A stretch of 64,000 nt of DNA from Psammoneis japonica (taxonomy: Eukaryota), in the NCBI GenBank assembly GCA_008632985.1, contig QPGO01000055.1, positions 1 to 64,000 on the forward strand. Reading direction: 5' to 3'. This document shows, one piece after another, positions 13,850 through 24,149 of the stretch. The stretch's first letter is position 1; every line of letters starts with the position of its first letter. Position numbers and translations under genes: made by a program. Below the pieces are notes generated by a model, which made no database searches, was not told the origin of the DNA, and saw nothing but the letters and a program-made list of their open reading frames with translations.

Positions 13850-15985
13850 TCCTCAGTTCCTTTTTGCTTTCACCAGGGCACGCATGTGGAAAAAATGCAG
13901 AATGTCCTTCTCACTCGAGGCAACACAAAAAATGTGATGCCAACTCGCATCCTCACAATTTTCTCGTCTCGCATCTTTTTTTGCGTCCCCCATGAAGCTC
14001 CCTTCAAAGACTCTCCTCGTCTTTGCCTTCCCTGGATTGGTTGCCGTTGCGCAAGCCTCAGGTGTGTTGAATGAAATCGGTTGAAACTTTTGCATTGTTG
14101 AAATTCCAATTGTTTCACTCACTGTCTGTTCCATGCTGCTTCGTGGTGACTGCAGACAGGACCTGTGCCGCTGACATCTCGACAGGCGCTGCGCTCATTG
14201 ATGGCAACAGCATCAACAACAAACCAATGACTCCAGTGAGGAAAATGCTCAGGACTGGCAAGCGCTGCGACAGGCAGATGGAGAAGCAGGAACGAGAGGA
14301 TCCAGACAGAAGGACGAAGGAGGAAGGCAAAAAGGACGAGGAAGAGAGCGAGTCGGAACAAGAAAAGGACAAGGAAGAGCGCGAGGCTGAACGAGAAAAG
14401 GACAAGGAAGAGCGAGAGGCTGAACGAGAAAAGGACAAGGAAGAGCAAGAGGCGGAACGTGAAAAGGACATGGAGGAACACGAGGTGGAACGCAAAAAGG
14501 CCAAGGAAGAGCAAGAGGCAGAACGTGAAAAGGACATTGAGGAACGTGAGTCGGAATGTGAAAAGGACAAGGAAGAGCGTGAGGCGGAACGAGAAAAAGC
14601 CAAGGAAGAGCGTGAGGCTGAACGTGAAAAGGCCAAGGAAGAACGCGATGCGGAAAGCGAAAAGGACAATGCGAGCAGGAAGGGGGGACTTGAGAAGGAC
14701 AAGGAGGAACGTGAAGAGCAAGACAACGAGCCAACTGAGAAACGCGGAAAGCAAAGCAAGCCTGAATGGGGCATGCCCAAAAGCACCAATGCAGAAAAAA
14801 TGATGAAGTGCAAATGCGCAGTTGTGCGAAGGAGGGATGTTTCAATGGAAACGACGAAGGCATGTGCGCAGGTTGCGAGTCATGTCAGTGATGATCTTGC
14901 GCATGTGCACCCACAGGAATTGTTCGGAGTTTTGTTTCCGGATTCGTCGCGTCACTGCACAATTTGTCTGACAACGTGGCTGCAGCAACCCAAAATGCTA
15001 GAGATCTAGTTGCTGCAGTCTGTTGGTTCACCCCTCAGCATGACAAAGATGTTCATTTGTCTTTTGTGCGTGCAACAGTCAGCTGTGTGTTTGTGGCTTC
15101 ATTCTGCATCAAGGAACACATTGTGGCATTGCGCTCCCCACCTCCGTTTCTATCTTCAGCTGTCACAATTCACACCAGCAGCATTGATTGTTGCAGTCAT
15201 CACTTGGAACTCCTGCCGGCATGGTAAAACATGTGTGGCTCGCGCTTTCTTGGGCTACAGTGATTGACAACAGCCTGTGCAGCCAAGACGAGGCTCTTGG
15301 TTTGAGCTGCTGTGATGATCAATTTATGTTGGATGGAGTGGCCAGCCTTCCCGACAGTGTTTGTCCCACTTCCATGTCATGATGTTGTTTGGACTTTTTC
15401 TTTTTCAGCTTGTTGCTGACGACACTTGCTGGTTGTTGCGAGGCAAAGTTGAGAACAAGCAGTCGCACCCAAGAGAAGACGCAAAGATGCAGGCAGCAAC
15501 ACTTGCAGGTCGTGGCAGCACCAAGTTGGCAATGTTTTTTCGGCATGCAACAAGAGGAGCCAAAAAAGAAACGTCCAGTGTTCGACTCTACACCCACATG
15601 ATTCTTCTTGGCAATTTCCTCAGCCTGTGCTTGGCCACCAACATGGCACTTGCCGTCAAGTCATCGAGATTGAAAAGAACTTGATGCGGTGTGATGTGGC
15701 TTGGTTTGAGGTAGACCACATTTTTTCTTTTGCTTCCATCTGAGTGGATTCTTCTTCTTCTGCCCGTTGTAGAACTGGGTGGTGTTGCAACCCACAATTT
15801 GCCACATTCATGAGAGAGTGTGGTTCTCTTGAGGCACGTGGCAGCAACCAAAGAATTGTGTGCTTTGTGCCAAAATGCACACCACCTCATGTCAGCTGCT
15901 GTGGTTTTTGTCTAGAGACCCACTCTCTAGAGTGTTTGCAGCATCCCCCGTGGTGCTTTTAGATGCAAATGTCTCCAAGGGCACA
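13850..15985 (+). repeat. Copy 1 of a ~2.1-kb diverged direct duplication
   Basis: Collinear similarity with ~24150-26295, e.g. ctttgccttc..ggattggttgcc..gcaagcctcaggtg and ggcaatttcctcagcctgtgcttggcc. Confidence 0.85.
13992..14800 (+). pseudogene. Secreted protein with 11-aa charged tandem repeats (EKDKEEREAER), copy 1
   Basis: Signal-like MKLPSKTLLVFAFPGLVAVAQAS and intron 14062-14155 in frame with the E/K repeat ORF; 33-bp tandem repeats at ~14350-14720. Confidence 0.6.
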
Positions 15986-16049
15986 TTGAGAAAGGTTGCT
16001 TGGTTGTTGGATCAATGAGATTGTCAGAGTTTGTCAGTGCAATTGCATG

Positions 16050-16560
16050 ATCCAGCATTGCCTTGGACTCAACAGTCATGTCCACATGAGCAACCTTCCA
16101 GTTGCTTGTCTCTCCTTTGATGGTTGACTGCTTGAGAACTTTCCTGAGTTTGCAATGCTTGAGAACATGGCCACCCTTCACTCAGCAGGATTTCTTTGTT
16201 GTCTGACCACCAATCTGGATGTGGGAAAGAAGGGTCAGAGCAGCCGACAGCTTTTCCTGACAATGTTGTTGGCACAAACCACTTCTGCCAAATGTGGAAC
16301 ATGGTGAAGGCATGGCTTGTGGCAAAGGTCAGGAAGTGCTGTGGACTCCACGGGCAGCTCCCATTTTGTGCACACAAAGAAATTCTTCTTTTTTGCTCAT
16401 GTGGTGGTGACACTCTTCAGCTTTTGACCGACAACTTCCAACCCAAATCTGTCAGCAAAATGTTTGATTGATTCAAAACCAGGACATTGGCCAAAAGAAA
16501 AAGAAGAGGGGTGGGGATCAACTTTGTCTTGGAAAGAGGCACACTGGTTCAGCACCATGG
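16050..16560 (-). pseudogene. Degraded ORF fragment, inverted paralog of 17200-17740
   Basis: MVLNQCASFQDKVDPHPSS..KHFADRFGLEVVGQKLKS and CHKPCLHHVPHLAEVVCANNIVRK align with the + strand copy. Confidence 0.6.
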
Positions 16561-17199
16561 TCAGCCATTGGGGCAGTGGTGTGAAAGACTTGGTCATGCA
16601 GAAATGTGCAGAGCTTGACAGTGTGTCATTGCCAGGCACAAGTTGGTGCACTGCTGTGAACATCAGAGGCCGCAATGTTGTGGTGTTCACTTCTCTTTTT
16701 CTGATTTATGACATTTGACGTAATGCAAGTTTGGCTTTTTTTGTTTTTGCATTTGGGGGTTGTTTGGCCAGTGCATCATTTGAGCGTTTTGCAGCATCCC
16801 TTCTCACCAATGTTTTTCATTCATTTTTCTCAATCAATCCAAGTGTGCCTTTGTTTTGATTTCAAAACTTTTTGCTTTGATGACATTGCTGCATTTCTTT
16901 TGATGCATTGTCTTTGAAAGTGGTTTTCAATGCCTCAACCCCATGCACGTGCCGCTGCAACAGCTGGTGTCCCCTCCACACCAAAGTCACTCCCCATGCA
17001 CACTTGCCTCATTGTTTCCTCCAGCACTTCCAGAACTTCAGTGCATGGCTCTCTTCTTGGTTTTTAGCACATGTTCTGCAGGCACAATTTTCTGCGCATT
17101 TCACAACAGTGCATCCTCTCCCCAAAATGCATTTGACCAGAGCATGCACTGTTGTGATTCACGCGCGTTCTGTGTGAATCAACACATCTGACTTCCAGC

Positions 17200-19400
17200 C
17201 ATGGCGGTCAATGACTTTGCCCCATCCCACAAGGAAGTCGACCCCAACCCTTCCTTCCAATTTCCTGATGAGTGTGATGTTGATGAAACAGAACATTTTG
17301 CCAATGGCTTTGGAGCAGAGTTGTTTGGACCAAAGCCCAAAAGTGCACAACTTCAATGCGTGCATCCAAAAAGCAGTTTTGGAGACAACAAATTGGTCCC
17401 CCTCTCCAGAATTCCTTGCTCTTCCCTTCCTTTGTCACAAGCCAAAGTTGCGTCACATCCCACATGTTGCAGAAGCCATCCGCACCAACAACATTGTCAG
17501 GAAAACTCTTGGATGCTGTGACATTTGGTCCTGCATCATGACTTTTGGTTGGCCCATGAAAAAATCCTGTGTGCTGAAAGGTGAGCATGTTCTTTGTCAT
17601 CAAAATTTGGAGGAACAAGCTCTCTGTTTCTCCAAAGCACCTGGAGAGACAGAAAAAGAAGAGGAGCACCACATGCAACTTCGCCACAATGTCAATGCAA
17701 AGGCAGAATTTGTGCATTGCCGGCAACGACCCAAATGACCCTGCATCTGGCCAGCCTTGTTTCCATTTTTGCAGTGCAAAAGTCTCCAAGATCTGATCAA
17801 TGGCCAAGCACATGACCTTCACGGTGCACACTTTGTCACCAAAATCATCATGCGTTGTGTCCAGCACAAATCCAAGGACATGGACTGTTGGTTCATGCAG
17901 ATTTTTTGCCGTGTCAATGCCCAAAAGGAGTGGCGCATGTTTGTCAATGGCTTTCTTGCAACACGCAATTCCAATGAACCCGGTTCCCAGGAGGATGAGA
18001 TCAAGGGGTTCCCTGGAGACAAAATCAGCAACGTTGAGAACTCTGTGACATTGGCGGGCAATTCCCTTGCCCGTTGTCAGGCTTGTGAAGAAAAAATCAA
18101 TTCCATGTTGAATCATGAATTTGGGAAGTGCTGTCCCAAGGAGCAACCTGACATGCAACCCAGGCACAGCAAGCAGCTCACAATGCTTCATTGCAGAATG
18201 TGTGATCAAAGGGCTGACCACATGGATGACGATGACAAATGAGACCACAAATCCAAAACCAAAACACAAAATCAGGAGGATCCGCAAAGATGGCACCTGC
18301 TTGCATGATGGCAAGTGCCCCCCCCCCTTTGCCTTTGCTGCCTGCATGCATCTGTTGCCTCATGCATCCTTTCCCCCCCTGACTTCACATGCCCCACCAG
18401 AGCCTTCCTTGACCATCCCCAACAAGAAAGCCAAGAGCATCATGCTCTGACCCCGCATCTCCTTCAGCATCTTGTGATGCTGTGATGTCATCTGGGGAGG
18501 CCCGCCACACTCTCACTGCCAATGTTCCCACCTTGTCAGAAATTGCGGATCTGCCAAAAGCTTCTTCTCCTTCCAAAGGTCCTCCCTCCAAATGGCACCC
18601 CTCTTGGGCAGGTGTTTCCACAATTGCCCAGTTGTTTTGTCTCCTGCCCCAGCCAACGACATGTCATGGCTGGACAAGTCCACCATCCACCAGTGCTTTG
18701 ACCCATCCCAGTGTCAATCTGTTGCCTCAGAGGAAGTTGCTGCCCATCTGCCACACCTGCACATCATTGACAAGGCCACTGATGCCGAGCGTGTGCTGCA
18801 TCATTCTGCTGCCAACTTTTACCTTGCAAACAACTTGAGGGAAAACTGGCACATGTTTTCCAACAAAACCAACTCAAGCAATCCCGCCACCGCCTTCCGT
18901 GTCCAAGCTGAGCACCCTCCTCACCTGGATCACTGCCCTGCTCAGATGAACTGTCCGTCACCTGACAAGCAAATGCTCTGTGAGCCCGGCTCTGCCAAAT
19001 CAGCCAAACCCAAGGCCACACATGGTCTTGATGTTTTCAATCCTGGCAAAAACTTCAATGCAAGTGAGTCATCCAAAATCAAGGCCATGATGGCAGACAT
19101 TCTTGACTCAACCCAGCTGTGAAAAAACAAGATCAAGCTGCAAAACTCAGCAATCCGCTGCCATTCAACTGGTCTCTTGGTCATGAGGAGCACTTGAAAG
19201 TTTTGTGCAAGGAATTGGGTTGTCTGTGCCATGAAGCTGGCAGATTCATGTGAGCGCCAAGTCACACACAACACTCCCTGCAGGTTGTGGTGGTGGTGCA
19301 ACAAATTGGAGTTCTTCAAATTGACGCCAAGGATGGCAAGCTGTTGGACATTGGATGTCATCAAGAGAATGAACCTTGGTGAGGATTGCAAGTGTGACTG
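17200..19400 (+). pseudogene. Degraded, frameshifted long ORF of unknown function inside the island
   Basis: Successive protein-like frames (MAVNDFAPSHKEVDPNPS; CHKPKLRHIPHVAEAIRTNNIVRK; LINGQAHDLHGAHFVTK). Confidence 0.45.
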
Positions 19401-20563
19401 AAAAGAAAAGAAGGAGAGATGATGGTGCAGACATGAGCACAAGGAGAGCTTAGAAAGGATCCATCATGAACATGTCGAGCAATTTGTTGGCTGTGTTTGT
19501 GAGGCGACAAATGCGTTTGATTGCGTGACTGATTGCTCTCACAACGGGAGGTGTGCAGCAATTTTGTCGTTGCACATTTGGAGGAAGATGCCATGGAAGA
19601 AGTGGACTGGAATTCGAAGTTGGTGTGCCAAGTCCAGAAACAGGCTTGGAATGACAGTTTGCACCCAAAGTTGAGGATGGATCATCTAGATGAGGCATTT
19701 TTTTAATTAGCTCGTGATTTTGCAATTTCCCCGCACTTCGCCCGTGTTGTTTTGCAATGCCTCTGAGCACCGCCAAACACATGTGACTGTGTCCAGCCCC
19801 CATCAGGGCTGTTAGATCTGTGTGTGAACTACACATTTCAACCTTCAAATGCCAATTGTCGCATTCGGCGCAGTTGTTGCATGTGACAAACTGCCATTTT
19901 TCGCCAAAATCGCACTGCTTGTGGGAGACAAGCCACAATGACTTTCCAGGAAAAGCCGATGATTGGCGTTTGACTGGCTGCAGACACATCTGCAGTCGTT
20001 GAGCTAAAGATCGCGCATGGTCACAACCATCGCAAACACATTCTATGATGTCTTTCGAAGGGACAAAGTTCGACCTGTCGCTGAAAATATTTTGTTGGTG
20101 AGCGCGCGCATCCAGTGCAAGAAATCCGGGTTTTTTCCAAAAAAATGCGAGCTCGCGCGCAAACAGACCTCATCTCGACGATCCATCCTCAAAGCCTTTG
20201 CAGGCACCAATCTTCATGTGTGTGTCTGCATCAGTTATGAAGATGAAAGACAACAACAAAATTCAACATTGACTTCATCATTGATGGTTGCAATGGCTGT
20301 TTAAACTGAACATTTGATCACCAAAATTGTCGCAAACACACTCAAGGATGGGGCGCTCAATGGGGAACTTGCACGTTGCCAATTTTGACCATTCTGAAAA
20401 GGTGTGGTGGTTAAAATGTAGAAGCATTGGGAGGAGTGTCACATGTTGAGTGTCAAGACAGAGGTTTGAAAATTTTGCAACGGCAGTCTTCCTCTGACGA
20501 CCTGTTGCACAGTGTGATCACAACAACTGTGAGCAGCTGCAACAGTGCATTGAGACAAACGCA

Positions 20564-21729
20564 ATGGCAAGGAGGAAGGCAGTGAAGGACAGGATGATGG
20601 CAGAGGCACCACCAAACAGCCTGACAGCAGCCTTGCAGTGGGCGGGTGCAGCAGGAGATCACCAATCTCTAAAGAGAGAGGTGGAAGAGGTGGCACGGAG
20701 AGAGCCATTCCCAAAAACGAAATTCCTTGTGAAGGCAGACATGGCAAGTGGTGGCAAGGTGTCATGGCCAGTGTGGAAAAACACAGTCAATGGCAAGTTC
20801 AGTGAGTGCAAATGGGCAGAGGGTTGTGGGAGGACTGGGCAAACAAATGCGTGCTCAATGCAGTCATTGCAAAAAAGAAATGCCGTGTGTCAGTCAACAA
20901 TGAAGAGTGCGATGAGCAGCAAGTGCTGTGGGGTGCATTTCCAAAGTGGGATTGGGTGTGGTGCTGCTGACAAGATTCTCATTTTGCTGCAGCTGTGATG
21001 ACAAAAGAACAAGCAGGAATCTGCGGAAGCAAGAAACCAGCAAAGAGAGCCAAAAAAGCAAGAAGAGCAAAAAGGCCCAAGCGGACAATGAAGAACAGAT
21101 TCTGGCAACTTGGGAGGATAAGACAGCTGATGCCATTGTGTCTGAGAAGCGGACAAACAAGGAGGCACATGCATGGTTCTGTGACAACATCCTGAAATTC
21201 ACAAAGAGCGCTGCAATGCAGGGAAGGATGGTGGAGTGCAGCAGCACCAAGGCCACAGATCCAGCCGCGGTGAGCAACGAGGCACTGGTGCTGTTGATGT
21301 TGGAAAACTGCTGGAAGGTTTGGGAGCACAAGACCACACAGGAAGGAAAGGACAAAGGGAGCGAAGAGGAGGAAGAGAAAGCAGAACTGGTGCCCTTTGT
21401 GCACAGCCCCAACACAGCATGAATCTTGGAATGACTGAGGTGTGCTGCGATTCAACACCCTCCTTGGGGAGGTCAAGGAGGACAGGGCAAGTGATGCGGG
21501 TGTGCATTTTGACATGTGGCACACCAACGGAAAGAAAAGGGAGAGCAAAGGTGAAGGAAAAAAGGGCAGAACCAGTGAAAAACCAGTGGAGACAGAGATG
21601 AGAACACAAGCAACAACAGAACTTTCCAGTGACAATGAGGAGGACTGTGATGCAATGGACAAACCTGGCAACAGAAAAGATGAGGAGGAAGATGTAGAGA
21701 GCAAAGAAGACAGCAACAACGGCAAATGA
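20564..21729 (+). pseudogene. Degraded ORF with VSNEALVLLMLENCWKVWE motif and acidic tail; probable accessory ORF of a DNA transposon
   Basis: The motif resembles the SDEA(F/L)xLLxLENxW..W motif of diatom repeat-associated ORFs (from memory, not searched); frameshifted. Confidence 0.4.
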
Positions 21730-22849
21730 GGAACAACTCCATCAGCACAGGCCAGTTGAAAATGCAACACGGCTGACACCATGGCATTGGCTTGGAGTTC
21801 ATTTGTCATCCATGTGAAAAAGCAAAAGCAACAAATCATTGTTGATTGAGGAAAGCAGTGCAAATTCATTGCACAGATCACATCAAATGTAAAATCAACA
21901 TGTGACGTGAGACAAACAATTGACATTGATTGTCAGCTTCTGCAGCAAAGGAGAAGTGCACACACACAGATGGGAAAAAGGGGTGCTGTTTGAAAGTCAA
22001 TGTTGATTTCTTGCAGTTAAAAAGAGGGCTCTACAGCAAAAATGATGGACTTTGACAGATGAAGAATTGTTGCCATCTGCACAACTGACAAGGTTTGAAG
22101 CTGCAAAAATGTTGTCCATGAAAGGAACAAAAATCGCTGTGAGAAGGGGGGTGTCAATCACCACACAATGCACGCTCTGATGAAGTGCACTCAAAACCTT
22201 GTGAATGGAAAGAATGTGGTGGGGGGCAGCTCAAACAAAAAAGGATGGAAGATGTGAGGTGGGGCAAAGAGAAAGCAAGGAAACACCATGCGCTGACATG
22301 TTGGATGGCAGGCTGCACAGAAAATGACACTGAGATGTGTGCAACAAGGTGACAGATCACATTGTGACACCAGGTGTGACATGGATTGCATGTGAATGAG
22401 GGCACAGCTCTTGGGCAGAACAACAAAGTGCGCCATCAACACCAAGAAGTTTGTGGTTGTTGAAGCAAAGACATTGCAAGCAACTGGGAAAATTGTGCTC
22501 ATTTGAGCAAAGTTGCAGATCAACACAAATGTGAAAAAAACATTGTGAGAAAAGAAACAAGACAAAGCAGATTTGCACGGAAAGCAGCAGATTGACATGG
22601 CAAGCCACCTGTCTTGTCATCAAAGAGAAAGTTTTAAAAGTTGGCACAGATGTGCAACTCAAAAGAGCTGGTTTAATCTGCTTGAGTTTGGGACAACATG
22701 GGTTGCAATTTCAGCCCCATTGGAGCTGTTTGTTGGAATGTCAGTGTCAAATTCAAAAGTTTCAAAATCAAGAAGCGCTGCATGGTTTCTTGCAAGGAGT
22801 GACAGCACATGATGTGAATGTGTTCACAAAATGACCACATGATGCCAGG

Positions 22850-23980
22850 TGTGAGTTTTGCAAAAATGCGCTGAATCTCGCTCTTTTCACATTCAAAAAT
22901 GCAAGCAACCATGTTTTTTGACAGCAACAGGCAGCCCAAGTGCAGCAAAAAACCCACATCCAAGCACACAGGAGTCAAAAGCAGTTGCTGTTGAGATTGC
23001 CGCAGCAATGCTGGAAACAGCTTCTTTGTCCCTTGTTTTTTCATCACTTGATTCATCGACTCAACGCACGGCTTGGATCAGAGCTCAACTCAGCCACAAG
23101 GACTCAGCTTGGTTTTCTGCTGCTGCTGGCATCATTGCATTTGTTTTTCTGCCATGCTCTCCAGCACCAGCACCAGCACCAGTGCCAGCACCAGCACCAG
23201 CAAAAAATTGAGCTGAGCCCTCATTTTTGCCCCATGTTTAGTGGCCATTTTTCTCATGCTCGCTGAAGTGGTCTCATTGATTTTTTGCTGCCACTTGGTG
23301 ATGGTTGGTTGTCAAGTTGGCTTGGGGTTGGCTTGGCCCAGCTTCAAAAGTTGTGCCTTTTTTGCACAATGCCCCAGTTTGCCCCCCCCCCCCCCCCCCC
23401 TTTGCAGATTTCTGCTTGTCAAGCACCAACAGAAACTCAACACAGCGTCTCAGAGTCCATGACCAATGCACATCAAGCAGCAGCACCACCCGACAAGAAA
23501 GCACCAGCGTGGTTCATAGGATGGCATCTTGTCAGAAGAAGAAAAGTGCCTTTGCTGCAGCACATGATGCATCAGCGCACTTTGCGCCAGATGCGCCGAT
23601 GTGGTTTTTGAGGCCACACACAGCTCTTTTGTTTGGAGGCAATCAGTGCCAAATCATTCAACAAAAGTTTCAAGATCAAGAAGCATCATGCAGTTTTGTG
23701 TGAGGAGCGACAGTGTGCGATGTTTGTGTGTTGACAAAATGATTGCATGCATCTTGCAAGCACGTGCTGAATCTCACTTTCACACTCAAAAATGTTGGCA
23801 ACCATGTTTGACAGCAATGGGTGGCCCGAGCGTGATGTGGCACCCAAGTCCAAGCACACGCCAGTTGCCGTTCTTGAAGATTGTCGCAGCAACAAAAACA
23901 GTTTGATGATCCCTTGGTTTTTTCATCATTTTGTCGATCGACTCAACATGTGTGGGTCAGATGAGGACTCAATTCAGCCA
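22850..23980 (+). repeat. Two diverged ~240-bp direct repeats (~22850-23095 and ~23745-23980)
   Basis: Shared gctgaatctc..ttcaca..tcaaaaatg..gcaaccatgttt..acagcaa..tccaagcacac..tttttcatca..atcgactcaac. Confidence 0.75.
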
Positions 23981-24149
23981 TTTAATGTCCAGTCCCCCCA
24001 AAAATAAAATGATGGAGAGAAATTTGTGTTCAAGCCCTCTTGCTGCCGGCAACAATCTGTCATTTCCATGCAAACAAAGTCAATGCTGTAGATTTTAATT
24101 TGAACATGGTGACTCTGGAGTGGCACTTTGACTCTGCAATGTCCTTCCT

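Noticed and set aside
14350..14720. 33-bp periodic array resembling CRISPR (also 24610-24940)
   Set aside because: No unique spacers; it is an in-frame coding tandem repeat in a eukaryotic context, with no cas genes.
14115..14863. Long antisense ORFs (S/R-rich, F/L-rich) over the E/K repeats
   Set aside because: Shadow frames of the repeat.
23382..23400. Poly-C run
   Set aside because: A simple homopolymer with no supporting structure.
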